A stretch of DNA of 64,000 bases from Amoeboaphelidium protococcarum X5 (Eukaryota; Fungi; Aphelidiomycota): NCBI GenBank assembly GCA_023515725.1, contig JALDTO010000155.1:779147-843146 (forward strand), read 5' to 3'. The position numbers and the translations under genes were made by a program. The notes below the pieces were generated by a model, which was not told the origin of the DNA, searched no databases, and saw only the letters and a program-made list of their open reading frames with translations. Positions 1-19,340 of the stretch are shown here, piece by piece (position 1 is the stretch's first letter; each line of letters opens with the position of its first letter).

Positions 1-847
1 ATCGGAATACATTCAAGCAGAATCCGGTAGAGATATTCCACTTGCGGATAGTTTTATCACGAGAACATGAATACAAAAGTTGACCATTTAACTACTATTG
101 CTATTGAGGACACATTAAAACTCTAGATACACTATGATCATGTCCATATAAAGTCCTCACGCAACTCCAAGGGTTATTGTTGTTGTTGGTCTAATCCCAT
201 ATCTTGATTGTAGTATCTGCAGATCCGCTTATAAGAAATCTAGACTTCTACTACCGGGACTATGTATTATCATCAGATACTATAGCAAAAGACTAATTCA
301 ATATAGTATCTTGATTGAATGTTAGAGAAGTGACGCCTTTAGTGTGACCTTTAAGAGTCTGAATGAGCTCACCATCATTGTCCAAATCGAAAAGTCGTAT
401 CATGCAATCTTCATTACCACATGCAATGATCGAGTGCTGATAATCTACAGCGACACAATTAACACTAGACTTGGTATTAAGTGTTAGTTGACTCTATGAT
501 TTAGGAAGTTTTTATAATGGATTAGTGGTATTCTTCGAGGGAGTTAATGATGATGATAGTGCAGAACCATTATTATTACTATTCTGCATTTCAATCTACT
601 ACTGCATTGATGGTGGAAGGGAACGCAATACTTCTTCCAGTTCCAACACCTTCCTCTACAATCTCAGTGTTGATGTCCATTTCCTTTCCAATAACTATCT
701 ATATTATGGCTATATCTCTTCATCTAATCCAATTCCAGTCGCCTCTCTAAACTATTTACCAACCTGAGGAAGACTGAGTTGGTTCTCTAAATACTCACAT
801 ATAGCCAGATTCAACTCTTTCTACTAAGTCTGTGTCAGCAAAGACAT
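1..847 (-). CDS. LIS1: LIS1/NudF/Pac1 dynein regulator (LisH, coiled coil, WD40); 3' end runs off the window
   Basis: Table 6: MSLLTQTQQKELNLAICEYL (LisH), LLERKWTSTLRLQRKVLELE (LIS1 coiled coil), WD repeats LKGHTKGV, GHDHSVS, SCSRDKTIRKW. Confidence 0.9.
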
Positions 848-1071
848 GATCTCCTTTAATCTTTACAGTATTAGAATTGCGAAATGTGGATATAAAGTGT
901 AATGATAGATGGTATTAAGAGCAGTGATATTATATTAAGTTTACGCGTTCTTTTCAACGTCGCGTGTTTTTAATTGAAATGAAGAAGAGAAAGGCAACTG
1001 AAGAACTTCAGAAATGATGTACTGTAAATAGCCTTGACCAAGAGAATTTAACTACAATAATTGTTTGTAAT

Positions 1072-2907
<1,836 letters not shown>

Positions 2908-3323
2908 TTCTCATAAACTGTTATAAGGTAGAAACTGGATAAGATAATAATATACAGCAAGTGAATAAGTAAAAGACTAGCTTAGAGAATACCAACAGAC
3001 AATTATCGTAAAAGCAAAAAAAATAAATGCAGCAATATAGCCAATGAGTTGTCGAAGAGTAAAGATGGATAGACTCTGACAAAGCAATCGTTTTTCGTGT
3101 GGTAAGGAGATCGATCTCTTTCCTTCTTTGGTGAAGTCGCGCGTTTTAACAAAGTCGAAGAGGAAAGAATCTCTTGCTCAAGAAGGCCACAAATGCGCGT
3201 TTCCTCCAATCATTCCCTCACTCGTTGACTCTGTGATTCTCGTCAGTTAAAAGTCAGCTGAACTACTGCATATCGCCTCTCTTTTATACCTAGATCCAAC
3301 AACTCATTAATTATTAATAAAGT

Positions 3324-3776
3324 ATGACTACTCCTGCGAGAAGAAGACTTATCAGGGACCTGAAAAGAATGCAGAATGACTGTCCCGGTGGAATAAGTGC
3401 CTCCCCACCAGAGGACAATATAATGCTGTGGAATGCCGTGATCATCGGCCCGGAGGAAACAGCGTATGAAGATGGAATATTCAGGTTGCAGATGGAGTTC
3501 AATGAAGAGTATCCGAATAAGCCACCTGCTGTCAGATTTATATCAAAAATGTTTCATCCCAATGTGTATCAAGACGGCAAGCTGTGTCTGGATATTCTGC
3601 AGAATCGATGGTCGCCGACATATGACGTGGCCGCCGTGCTCACATCGATTCAATCTCTGCTTAATGATCCCAACACGAGCTCGCCCGCCAATGCTGAAGC
3701 TGCACAAATGTACAATGAGAACAGGAAAGAGTACAATAAACGCGTGCGATAGATTGTTTAAGAGTCATGGAAGTGA
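3324..3776 (+). CDS. RAD6: Ubiquitin-conjugating enzyme E2 Rad6/UBC2, 150 aa
   Basis: [36 protein letters not shown]; C-terminus RVRQIVQESWK needs TAG/TAA = Gln. Confidence 0.97.
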
Positions 3777-3888
3777 ATATGTTTACAGGCAATCGCGCGC
3801 GCTATCTATCTTCGTTTTGCTGTATATGAATGTTGCCATCATAATAAATCTATTACTTCGCAATAGTTGAGTCTATTTTTATTAGTAA

Positions 3889-4158
3889 TCATTACATTTA
3901 GCCGTTCATAATCTTTTGATTTTCATCCTGAAATCTTATATTCATACGCATAGAGTATTTGAAAAACTTCTCTGCACATTTCTAGATGCATGAATCCTCT
4001 TTTGAAGTCAGTGCAGTCGATGTAAAGTCATTAATACAATCACGGAAGCACATGTCAACCAGAGATCCTACCATTTTCATAGAGTCTTTCACCTGCTTCT
4101 ACTCAATGTATCCCAGCATCTTCATTCTCTCACCCTCAGATAAACCAGACAAATCCAT
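3889..4158 (-). CDS. TIM9: Mitochondrial small Tim chaperone Tim9, 89 aa
   Basis: IEQKQVKD..., twin CX3C motifs CFRDC and [16 protein letters not shown]. Confidence 0.88.
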
Positions 4159-4257
4159 ATTGACGCGTTATTTTATGTTTTTGTGTTATGTTATTCGCTT
4201 TAAGCGTTCCTTTGATTAATTGAAAAATGAGAAAGGATTAAACTACAGTGGTTTATA

Positions 4258-5089
4258 TCACATTTCCGTCAATAAGGTTTTACTGAGTATAAAATAATCC
4301 TGAGGTGATCCGCCATCAGACTCATAATTAGATGGACATATGCCATCAATTTCATATCCGAGTTTTCGATATAATCGCAGCGCTTATTCGTTTACTACAC
4401 AACGCGCGTATGTAGATTAAGAACTCTCTAAGAACTTGATCAATACAAACTTACTCTTGAATACAGTTAGCATAGATTTACAGACTTGATACTTTGATCC
4501 AATCTGATGCAAGATATCCATCAGAAAAGACCCAAATCCTCGACGAGCACAACACGCCTCCACTTGCAATTCATAACAATAAATTACGAGCTGTTTCACA
4601 TTGTCGTTGTCAGTCGCGGCCGTATCTTCCAGCACAAAACGGTAGTGCAAGAATGCCACTAATTCCTCATAGTCTTATCCGTCATTCTATTTACGACTCA
4701 GGATCAAGTATCGACTATTTTTATCCAGAGCCTCCGCCATTTTATCTTCGAGATTCCATCCATCCTTAGTTTTCTCATATCTACACATTGTAATCTAGTT
4801 GGTCGCTACGATCAATGTTCGCGTACAGTATAGTCAGATCTATAGAAGCTTACATGGGCTTCATGTTTCGAGTCAAGAGACTTTAAATCCATTGAATGTG
4901 GTGTCGTTATAATTTCTTAAAGGGAAGCATTGATAGCTTGTATCCATCTATACCACTAAATTCATTGGCATTCAGTTTCAAAGAATCCTACGCCAAGTAA
5001 TAGGAGTTGCCTGTTCAAATGTGAGATAACACCTCACAAAATACCTTTTCGAGTTATTTCAATTACTATTTTAGAAAAGACTTTGTCAT
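4258..5089 (-). CDS. NAA40: N-alpha-acetyltransferase 40 (Nat4/NatD), about 3 short GT-AG introns
   Basis: AFLHYRF, VIYCYELQV, RRGFGSFLM, KSMLTVFK, ALRLYRKLGY, DYFILSK; exon 1 boundary inferred. Confidence 0.8.
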
Positions 5090-5272
5090 ACTACATAAGA
5101 ATCCTTCTATATTTTCAAAGGTTGCGGTTATTCAAATTTTCGCAACTCAAGTTTTATAAAGTGAGATTCAACAGAAGGAGCGCTTCATCACTTTTTCGTT
5201 CCCGCTTTCTTTCCAAGTGCAACAGAGACGAATATTACTCATTACAATTAAGAGTTAACGTAGTAAAATAGC

Positions 5273-5601
5273 ATGGGAATCATATATACTTTGAGTATGT
5301 GGGCTTCTGCTGGAGTTGCTAGTAGAGTTCTGGCGCTGGGCCTGTAAAAGAAACCGCTTAGTCACGGTAAGTGTGTTGATTTGAAATGTGAATAGATGAA
5401 CATTAATAATATTTTGTAGACTTGCATAAGAGTGCATTATGGATCGGTACATGGACTGCGATTGGATGGTCCTTTTATTCATACAAGACCCGTAAAGAAC
5501 TTGCATATGTGGAGAGATTACAATATTTAGTGGACAGGAAAGGCAGGAGAGACGAGTGGGATAGATTGTACTTTAACCTTGATTCTCCTCAGGAATAATG
5601 A
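5273..5601 (+). CDS. Complex I accessory subunit NDUFC2/B14.5b-like, 91 aa, intron 5367-5419
   Basis: WASAGVASRVLALGLQKKP resembles the fungal 14 kDa subunit; two hydrophobic segments; GTAAGT...TTGTAG intron keeps the frame. Confidence 0.6.
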
Positions 5602-5928
5602 AATATAGTACTTATTCGATTGTCTTTAGTATTTACTTGTAGCATGATTTATACATGTTAATCAGCAATGTGTGTTACCTACCTGTTATTCGCGTAAATA
5701 TTGTTAATTGAGATACAAAAGACGATCTACCACTGATATACAGTAATATCATGGTCGTAATCTCTCGTTCCCTCGCCGCTGTCGACTTGCTCTACTCTGA
5801 CTTATTCCTTCTTTGATCACAGCCGTCTTTTCTCTTTCACGTTTGTCTTTTCAAAATTACTTTTTTTATTTGACTTTAAATTTTCCATAGTCACCGCCAT
5901 TATAACAATCGAGTAATCAAATTAAATT

Positions 5929-7614
5929 ATGAGTGATCAGGAAGATGAATTTGAGTGTCCTCTGTGTATGGAAGAGATTGATTTCACAGATAGAAACTTT
6001 AAGCCTTGTCCGTGTGGGTATAGAGTTTGTCGCTTCTGTTGGAATCATATAAAGGAGAATTTGAATAAGCTGTGTCCCGCCTGTAGACGAGAGTATAGAG
6101 ATGAAGATGTCGAGTATCGCCCGCCGTCGCTAAATGAGATTCAGGCTTATAAGGTGGAGAAGAAGAAGAAGGAGAAAGAGAAGAAGGAGATGGAGGGAAT
6201 GAGTCGTAGACACTTGGCTAATCTGCGTGTGGTGCGCAGGAATTTGGTGTATGTGGTTGGACTGTCTCCGCAGATTTGTACTGAGGATATTCTGCGCTCG
6301 TATGAGTACTTTGGCTAGTATGGAAGAATATTGAAGATTGTGGTGAATAAAAAATCTTACGGTGCCAACCAGTCTGACCGCAAGGAGTAGCACTCGTACG
6401 GTGTCTACATCACTTACGCTCGCAAGGAAGATGCTGCCAGATGTATCTAGACTGTGGATGGTACAGTGTTTGAGGGTAAAGTTCTGCGTGCGTCTTATGG
6501 AACTACAAAGTATTGCACCTATTATCTGCGCGGACTGACCTGCTAGAATAGTGGATGCTTCTACTTGCACGAACCTGGAGATTCGGCGGACTCGTTCACT
6601 AAAGAGGAGATGGCCAGTGGGAAGCATCATGTAAAGTAGAATAATTAGGGACCTAATGCTGTTGGAGGATCTGGTTCTCCTACGTCTGGCATTTATCAAA
6701 ACACTAATTATGCTATTGCCGGTAGTTAGCAGTTGTAATAGGCATCATCTAATTAGTAGTAAAGTGTCCTTTTGAATGCTGACGGTTAGATCGTTAATGG
6801 ACAGCCTGCTCCTTTTGGTATCAATGCGCCTGATAAGTCTTATGATATCTCAGCGGCAATTGGCAATGTTTCAGATTCTCCTTAAATTGGTAATAATAAT
6901 AGTCGCTTGTCCAATCCACGGTCAGCTGGTGTTGATCCTCAAGAGGAATGGCCTGCAGTTACCGCTGCTGCCGCTTCTTCTTCTACCACCTCTTTGAATA
7001 GACCTTCTTAGTCCTCAGCCTCATAGACGAAGAATTTGGCTTGGGGATAGAATGTGAAGAGTACATTACTCGCGTAATCTAGTGGTATGAATTAGAGCAG
7101 TAGTATCCAAGATTAGACTTTGTATCAGAAGTAGGGTGATTAACAGTAGCAAGGTCTAGTTGAAGTTACTGATGGCGATGGCGTGTCTTGCTCTACATTG
7201 TTGGAGATGATAATGACTGGTAGGAGCAGGAATCCTGTGGAGCCGGTGATAAATACTAGTTCATTGCATAGGTATCTATTTCTGGCGCAATAAGCAAAAG
7301 AATATTATACTGTTCTACTAGCCTAGGCTCAAAATAGCGGTGATAATAGTGGACAGGTGAAGTTTGCATTTGATCCATTCAAGAATGATAGTTCCAATCA
7401 GTCGGATCAATAATAATAATAAAAGAGTTAGAAGGATCGAGTGCAGACACCCGATAAAAATGGTGGTAGTAAGAGTAGATTTGACTTTGTGGCACAGAGC
7501 TAGTCTTCGTCTCCTATTACCGCTAATAACTTGGGTGGAAGCGAGTATTTCGATGCATCGTCCACCTAGTAATCGTAGCCATTGTCTTTCTAGAGCTGGA
7601 GTGGTGCCATTTGA
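5929..7614 (+). CDS. NOT4: CCR4-NOT E3 ligase Not4/Mot2 (RING, RRM, C3H1), 561 aa
   Basis: CPLCMEE..FKPCPCGYRVCRFCW..CPACR, LRVVRRNLVYVVGL, YFGQYG, YGTTKYC. Confidence 0.95.
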
Positions 7615-7685
7615 TTAGATAAACTCACTTATTAATATACATATTTTATTTACATATATCTTTCTTATTCATTTAATAATCTAAG

Positions 7686-9905
7686 TCACTACTTGGAAAT
7701 GATAGACTTTATGACATACTCTTTGCAGTGATCTGAAATCATTTCAGCCATAGTCAGGATGGTGAGCATAGGATTAACACCAGATGCGGTTGGAAATACG
7801 CTACCATCACATACCCATACATTAGGACATTCGTACAATTATCCTCTAGGATTACAAGCGCCTTGTCGACTATCCTTTCCCATCCTTACAGTTCCCATCT
7901 GATGTGCACTCAATAGCATCCCGTCTAACACACTTCTGTTGGTAGTGGATCTACTAACGAAGTACTTGTCCAGCCATTATTGAAATCTCGGATTATCGAT
8001 GGATACCAGCTCATCTTAACGAAATTCAAAATTAGGAACTTGATCTAGCGTGCACATCAACACTCTGGCCCCTTAAGATACCAAGACTTTATATGCCTGA
8101 ACAAGGCCCAGTAATATCTATCCCCAATCGTGTTTAGACGCAGTCCATGATACAACAGGATTACCATCGCTGCCCGCTGTGATATAGCCTTTACTATCCT
8201 TGTCACGTTGCAGGACCAGAATGGGTGAAAAGCTCTGATATCCTAAAAATAACATTTTGGCATGGGCTGACACCCGTTAGGCATCTTATAAGTCTCTCTG
8301 GTTCTAGTATACGTTCGATGCGTACTAAATAGCAAGAGATGCTAATAGTGGAAGACCAGAAGGTACTTCCAAACTCGGATAATACTAGTTTATCACGTCT
8401 CCACTACCGCCCTACGTCTTAGGATTTAATCGGCAGACCGACGTCAATATGCCACCTTCATATGGTTTAATTATTCTGTCCGGAAGCTTGCCAACAGCCA
8501 GAGCTACAGGATGACTTCTCAAATGTTTTCCTATATTCCTGTTCTTAAAGCCAGATCTCTGCAACACTACTGGAGAACATAGAGCACCCGCAGACAGTAC
8601 TACCAACTTTGTATTGATTTTCAACCGCTTGCCATCTTTAGTTGTAGCCACTACATGTTAAGCTAGGCCAGCATTCTTTTTATTGCGAACAATTTAATCA
8701 ACTTTACAGTTTATTAAGAATTAAACCCCATTTTGTGCAGCAGTCTTCAAATAAGTCTCAACTCCACTCTGCTTCACGCGGCTTTAACATCCTAATGAAC
8801 AATGTCCACAATAATGATCCTACTCTTTGATATTCTATGGCACTGGATAAGCTTCTAGACCAAGTTACTTGCATCCATCCAACAGGATCTGATTAGGAAT
8901 ATTCTATCGCTTGGGCATCGACACTCCGATCACCTTCTTTACCTTGTCCAGAGCTTTTTCAAATTCACTGCTACACGCCTACTGTACACCATACTCTTCA
9001 CTCCACTCCTCCCTAACATCTTGCGGTAAATCGAGACATGCACTCCAATTAACCGCCGTTCCGCCACCCAGTGTAGATCCTGCCAGATATCCAATGCTCG
9101 GCTCCTTTGAGAATAATATAAATTTGTTCAAAAACAATTGTTCATATGAAGACTCTTCATTTAAGGTTAGATCCCCACCAATATATGCGGATCCTTGTTC
9201 AACTACTAGCACCCGGAAACCTTGAATTTCACTCAACTTGGCCGCAGCGACTCCACCACCGGCTCCAGAGCCAATTATCACTGCATCGTAATCAAGTTCA
9301 TAAACATCTTCATTAGTAAGCTTTTGTAGCGTATCAGTTTTTAGCATGGTGAATCCATCAATAACACTCGCCTCATCTTTAAATGATTGAGGAACCGTCT
9401 CACTCTGAGGTGGATACTACAGAACACGATGAAAAAGACCATTACGCTCACGCAGACCAAACGTTATTATAGCCAGAGCAGAGAATTTAGAAACTAGTCG
9501 CGTTAGGACCATCTGAGGATAATAATGAGAATTGATATCCATCCATTGTATAGCCAGACCAGTTCTCGCAGTGAGAGGCAGTTGGTCAAAAGGCGTCCAG
9601 AATTGAAACAATGTCAACAACCAGGTGCCAATTGATGTACTGAGCAGATAGAGCAGGAAATTGATAGCGAAAACTACTGGAGAACTGAGTGCATGTTCCA
9701 ATTTCCCCACCATGTAATCTACATGCTCATCATTGATAGTTAAACGACAGAAATCTCGGAGATCTTGATCAGACACCTGTTGATCAGTGACGAGGGGATG
9801 TTGCGAGCGAAACTTTGCAATCGACTCTGCAGCCAGCTATCTATCAATTTACGGGAACAGAGCCTCCGCTAAACTCTTTAAAATCTTTCGCTGATTACTA
9901 TGCAT
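7686..9905 (-). CDS. Long-chain fatty alcohol oxidase (GMC oxidoreductase), 739 aa
   Basis: IIGSGAGGG, GSTLGGGTAVNW, CGHCSLGC, SAGALCSP, SAHQMGT, DGSVFPTASGVNPMLT. Confidence 0.92.
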
Positions 9906-10391
9906 CCCTATAATTCGCAAATATTATATAAATCAACTTTTGGTGTAATCTTCTAAACTAAAAAAAAGAATATCTACTGTAATGTAGGAAGGGATACACA
10001 AATTATCCCCTTACCTTTGTTCAATGGGAAAACAACGGCAGAAATGAAACAAAGATCAAGAATCTTGTCGAAAGCGGCAACAAGGGCACCTTTGCAGATA
10101 AGCATGGTATGTGAATAAATGCCCGAATGACAGTTTAAACTATATTTTATTCATATCAATGTATGCTCTATATATATTTTCTTTCTCTCTATACTGGTGT
10201 GAACAGCACGTGGATAATGGTAAAATTTCTATCAACTTCAGATGATACAGATTAAAATCAATCCAATGCAACACACGAGTTTATGGTAAAAGAATTACAT
10301 TCAAAGAGTAACCAAACGATAAATATAAGTAAAAATTAAGTATGTATATATTTAATCCATATCAGTCAGTGGACAGGTAGTGTACTATTAA

Positions 10392-10823
10392 TCAAACTTC
10401 CAGCTTCACGTTCAAGCAGGTCACCTGTTGCTGATTCTGATCCTTCATTACCAGATTCACGTCATACTTACCGTTAGGCATAACTGACGGTAATGGGAAA
10501 TCCTGAGTAATGTTGAATCCACCACTCTTGAATGGACACTGCGGAACATCAGGCATATCACCCAGAGACTTGCAAACGTCCACCTCTGGCACCGGGATTC
10601 TAATACCGCGGTACTTGACCTTGGTCACCACTTTAGTGCCAGCACTCACCTCACTCTTCAAATCACCAGTCACAACAACGTGCAGCACATCGCCCTTCTT
10701 TGGATTCTCTGGCGTGAAATTGATCGACCCCAGCTTGAGGATGTCATTCTCAGTGCCACAGCTGGTCCAGCTAAGAGAAGCAGATGCCACAGCAGCGAAT
10801 ACACTCAATAGCGCGGCTTTCAT
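10392..10823 (-). CDS. ML-domain (NPC2/MD-2-like) lipid-binding protein with signal peptide
   Basis: Signal peptide, WTSCG, PENPKKG, DVC, CP..G, P.GKY.V, C-terminal TC. Confidence 0.9.
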   Translation of the reverse strand: MKAALLSVFAAVASASLSWTSCGTENDILKLGSINFTPENPKKGDVLHVVVTGDLKSEVSAGTKVVTKVKYRGIRIPVPEVDVCKSLGDMPDVPQCPFKSGGFNITQDFPLPSVMPNGKYDVNLVMKDQNQQQVTCLNVKLEV

Positions 10824-11320
10824 TATTACTTTATAGATGATTGAGTAATTAAATATTACAAGGTGATTACAGATACTGTAATAAGCGAGATAAATACAAC
10901 GACTGATTAAATAAAGAAAGTGATCGAAAGGGGTTCCTCTTTATGATCTCGCCTTAACAATCATCTCTAAAGGAGGCGCCGACTGATTCGGTTGAGCATG
11001 TGGTTTAGAAATCTTCAGGTTAGTTGACATTGTTGAAGCTGGAGCAGATTGACTTAAGTTTTATTTTCCTTTCAACGCGCATGATGTTCATTATTTATTT
11101 GGTAGAAATGCAAAGGATTGAATTACCCAATTGAGCAGTCGATCACCCTAATGCTCTCTTTTACTCACTCACTTTGATCAAATTTGACTTGGCTGAGCGC
11201 GCTCGTTTTATCTGCTTTGGTTTTTCTCTTTGTACAGTACCTCTAACTTACCCGCTCTATAGTAGGATTTAGCTCTAGTTCACCTCTTCGAAAGATATAG
11301 TATACTGAAAAATTGTACAA

Positions 11321-12634
11321 ATGTCCAGCGAGAATATAAGTGTAAAGTTTCCCGTGTTTGCGCTGAAAGTGAAGGATAATAAAGTCTATGTCGCCGGTGG
11401 TGGAGGTAATTCCAAGTCGGGCGTAAAGAATAGCATTGTACAGTTCGCTGTATCCTCAGCTAATACTGCAAAAGATGGTAGCCTTAAAGATGATGAATTG
11501 AGATTCGAAGAGCTCGCCAAGTACGAGACGCCAGCGGATAAAGGAGCTGTGATGAACTTGGATCTGCATGGGAATATGCTGGCGGCTGGTATCGATGACT
11601 TTTGCTACTTGTATGATGAACATCCATAGTCTGTGCAGAGTGATAATAATGATAATAAAGACAATCAGGATGGTGAGGATAATAATTCATGGTTGACTTT
11701 GCGCGATCAAAAGAGATCAGATATGAAAGAGGCCAAGTCCAAGTATGATGAATCTTATTAGAAAGTTGTCAGATTTAATGATGATGGACACCTGCTGGCC
11801 ACCGGTGGTACGGATGGAGTGTTGCGGCTATGGGATGTAAACTCGGACGGGCATCATTTACATTTGAAATCAGAGCTAAAGAAGCACAGCGGTGATATTG
11901 ACGATCTATCGTTCGCTTATATCACTCTGGATTGTGGGAAATCTAATGATAGAAGGAGTACTAGGGATAGCGGAGTCAGCGAGATGAATTAGATTGTTGC
12001 ATCTGTCAGTGCTGAGTAGATTTGTATCTGGAATGTAGACGATGCCAAAATTGTCCATTGCATCAATAGATTGTCTTCGAAAGATCGCTTTAAATTTTGT
12101 AGATTGGTGGAGGTGGAATTTGAATTGTACCTTTATACTGCGCACATTGATGAAAAGAAGCACGGTTATGTATCGTGTTATGCCATCTCTGGCGGTGATA
12201 GTGTAAAGTTACTTCGTCAGAATCGAGTATCACTCCGACCTGTAACTTGTATGACAGTCATTGCCATGCCGAATGTGGAAGAGTTACACTCTCAGCTGCA
12301 TGTGCTGATCATTTGTGGTAACGCTGATGGAGATGTTCTCTTTATTGATGGCGAGACGTTGAGAGTATTCAAAAAGTATCCAACAGCCCATGGATTCTCA
12401 GTAACTGCTATAACCTCTGGCCAGATAAAAGTTGGAAATTAGAAGGAATCATCATAATAATTGGATTATCTGATCGTTAGTGGATCTGCAGATTATTCAG
12501 TTAAGCACTGGCTGCTCTCTCAAGTGATATAGTCATCATCTGGTGCTTTATTGGATAGCAATTTGATGATGCTTTTACTATCCATTCTGGTTCTACTAGT
12601 CGCTGTCATTTTAGCCTAGTTGTATTACAGATGA
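11321..12634 (+). CDS. SEC12: Sec12/PREB Sar1 GEF (WD40 propeller, C-terminal TM), 437 aa
   Basis: FPVFAL..VAGGGGNSKSGVKNSI K-loop, LATGGTDGVLRLW, AHGFSVT, SGSADYS, terminal hydrophobic helix. Confidence 0.88.
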
Positions 12635-12759
12635 ACCTATTTAAATTGCATTAAAAAATAAAATCATATAAAGTGGGATCCTAGTAGAATTAAATAGCAT
12701 ATTTACTTTGTATTTCATAAAGATATGGATTATAAAACAATACAATACAATGATAAACA

Positions 12760-16302
<3,543 letters not shown>

Positions 16303-16580
16303 TTAAATATTGTTGCAATATTATGCTTCACGTAGCTTTTACACTCACAGCCTGCCTTCCTTTCTCCTTTAGATAGCAAAGCCGATCAACACACTCCGTG
16401 CTTGAAAAGGAAATATGCAGCGAAGGACGCGCAGGATCCGTAAAGGGAAATTCAACAGATTTGTTTCAGCGCGTTAACTCGCCATAAAGAGATAAAGATG
16501 ATTTGATCAATGTAGATTGAAGCTTTAAAATGTACATGGAATATATTGTACTTAGAAGAGTAGCGCCATCATAATTATCA

Positions 16581-17702
16581 TCAAATGTAAGGATATTATG
16601 CACTTTCAATGGTCATGTTAGTGCGCATGGTGTTGGCCATGAATCGATCGTGCAGGCGACCAGATTTACGCCCATCTTTAGTCCTTTCAACGTTCAGTGG
16701 CTTGATGGACTTGACGCGATCAGCTTCACCCGCAGAGAAGTCTGGTGTGTTGGATCTATAGAGATTACTGAGTCGACTGAGATGTTGCTATTGTTACTTG
16801 AGCAGCTGTTGCGACACACTTAGTTGATCAGAATCTCTATCAGGTATTTGGGTCATTACAGCAGTGTCACTAACCTTCTCATCACCATAAAACTTGCTGT
16901 ACCATGTCTCGCGGTCCATGTCTATTTCAGGAGCATTATTGGATGGTCCATCATTGAACATACTCTACCTGAATGATGACCGCACCAATGACTGACGCAT
17001 CTCCTCATCCATAAGTTAGCTTTGATTAAAATTTTACTATTCCATAGTATTTGCTGCAGCCACAGGATTCTTCTAGTACAGAGATGGCATTATATGGGAT
17101 GATCTGTTGGAGGATGCGTAGTATTCGTTAGCTTGATTTCCGGCAGCCAGTTCATCAGCTTGTACAATCGATGGATTCCAAGAGGAGTGAGTTGGGCGAC
17201 CAATGATATCACGGCCTGAAGTATTGTACTTTGGTCCGGTCATTAGAATGGCAATAAACATTCCAATAGCATCAGCGAATACCGATAGACTCAGAAATGC
17301 CAAGGCCAAATATTGTTGGAGTTGGTATTTTTATTGATTAATATTCGACTCGAACAACGATCTTCCATACACCATTTACAAGGTGTTATCATTTCCACTA
17401 GATGGAAACACCAGGAATCTTGCAACAAACGTGATTAATACGGCGCTATACATCGCGTAGAAGAAGCACATTCCACCATATACTCCCAGTAAATTTACCA
17501 GCTTATTTAATGCGCCACCTAATCCTAGTGATTGCTTTATCACACTTAATCCCAACACTAGTCCCATGGATATCCAAGCCTAATCTAAGGCTAGCAGTAC
17601 AGAGACTGCAATCGCGAAAGCTGTTTGAATGCCAAGCACTGAATACAGCCACTTGGGCGAAAGATACTGATTATAAGATTTTTTCTAGTCCTTATCACTC
17701 AT
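16581..17702 (-). CDS. Hypothetical protein with about 4 N-terminal TM helices and a long disordered C-tail, 373 aa
   Basis: Continuous table-6 ORF with four hydrophobic stretches; no recognised motif. Confidence 0.65.
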
Positions 17703-17810
17703 TGTTCAGTGTAACTTGAAGTATTTTAACAATTAAGGCACAGTAAAAAAGAAATGACATGGTCACACTCCACACTGAACAGTGGCGTGATCAATCTGAA
17801 ACATCTGGTG

Positions 17811-17873
17811 ATTGGCTGATGAGGTAACATGATCAAGATGATTGGCCAAAACTGATTGGTGTTGCCAGCCAAT
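17811..17873 (-). promoter_or_regulatory. Cluster of four CCAAT boxes upstream of the 4-TM gene
   Basis: ATTGG at 17811, 17841, 17855 and CCAAT at 17869, 110-170 bp upstream of the ATG at 17702. Confidence 0.45.
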
Positions 17874-17965
17874 TTTACAAGTCCGACTTGACTAGATGCA
17901 AGCATGAGTGACCAAAGTATTTTATAATTTTTAATTAATTATGACTGAGATTATATCATAAAAGA

Positions 17966-18957
17966 TCAAGACGAAGTGCTGAGGAGGCGATTTGCAGCCT
18001 CGTTTACACTACCATTGCAGTCTTTAAGCGCTTTTAAAGCCGAGTCGCGACTAAATCCCATGCTGGTTAATGTTTCCACATCGCCTTCATTAATCTATGG
18101 CTACACTTATTGAGGAATGTCAACTTGCTATCTCAAGCCACCATTAACGGAATTCTGCTGTTTCTAAGATGAGAATAATTTCTACAGTACAGAGACTACC
18201 GGTTTAGGTACTAGGATACTCTATAATCTCAAAATATTGAGATCATAAATCGTAGATAGAACGCTTCCTACTAACAGTGGAAGAAGCAATTTTCTTGATG
18301 ACACAATGAATATCTAAACATCAAGAGAGTGGGTTAGAGATATACTACAGCCAGAATAATAAGAATAACTATTACCACTCCAGCCAATATCAAACGCGAA
18401 GATTTTTGTGTAATCGACGAATTGTTATGGCTAATTTAATACGATGGCACACACAACATGTACTGATGAAGTAATCCAAACACCATTGGATAACTACACT
18501 GACTTAAACTCATAATATATTTTTATCGAAATAGCCACATAATACTTACATTCCAAACTGCTACTTGTCACGAAAGACTAAACTGACCATGAAGCTTGCA
18601 GAAACGAGATACAACACGAACGACTACATGAAAGCTCGTAGACACTCACATACTGAGATTGATTGAAGCAATTACCATATATTTTCTTGATCCATGGAAT
18701 CTCTCCAATGCAGAAAGCTGGTAAATCAGCAGCGATACTAGCACAGAATCCTGCACCGGCAGAGTTAATTAGTTTAAAATCGCCGGGGAAATGGACTACA
18801 ATAACAGATTTAACACGAGTCTTGATGACAATACTATGAAAATTGTAAGTCTTACCTTTCCATTACTAGTAGCTTTGTGCAAGACGCTATACAAATACTG
18901 AGCACCCAAAGTAACGCCCAAAGTCCCGACCGCCACAAGTTTACTCACAAAAGCCAT
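17966..18957 (-). CDS. Dsc2/UBAC2-like rhomboid pseudoprotease with C-terminal UBA; several short introns
   Basis: LERFHGSRKY motif, TM segments, UBA DVETLTSMGFSRDSALKAL..VNEAANRLL; GT-AG introns. Confidence 0.75.
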
Positions 18958-19340
18958 AGTGTCTTACAATCAGACGAATCAACTAGAGCCAAGAAAAGTA
19001 TTTCTAAGAAATTAAACGACTGAAATGTTAAAAGCACGATGTAAAGCTGAAACATGCTTAGCAATATACGCACTAATTGAGAGAAGATTAAGCTAAGGTA
19101 TCAAAAAAAATTTATTGTAATATGCTTAACCTTACGTATATAATGCAATCAGATTAATCCTAAACTAGGACCATTCGAATGTTGAGTCGATCAATCAGGC
19201 AATCTATGGCGGTCCTTAGAGAATACACAACGAAAGACGCAATAATGACAGAGGGACAACAAATTAGGAGAATGGAAACTCGAAACGCGAAAAACACCGA
19301 ACGTCAAACAATACTTCGGAAGCGAGGTGAAACAACAAGA

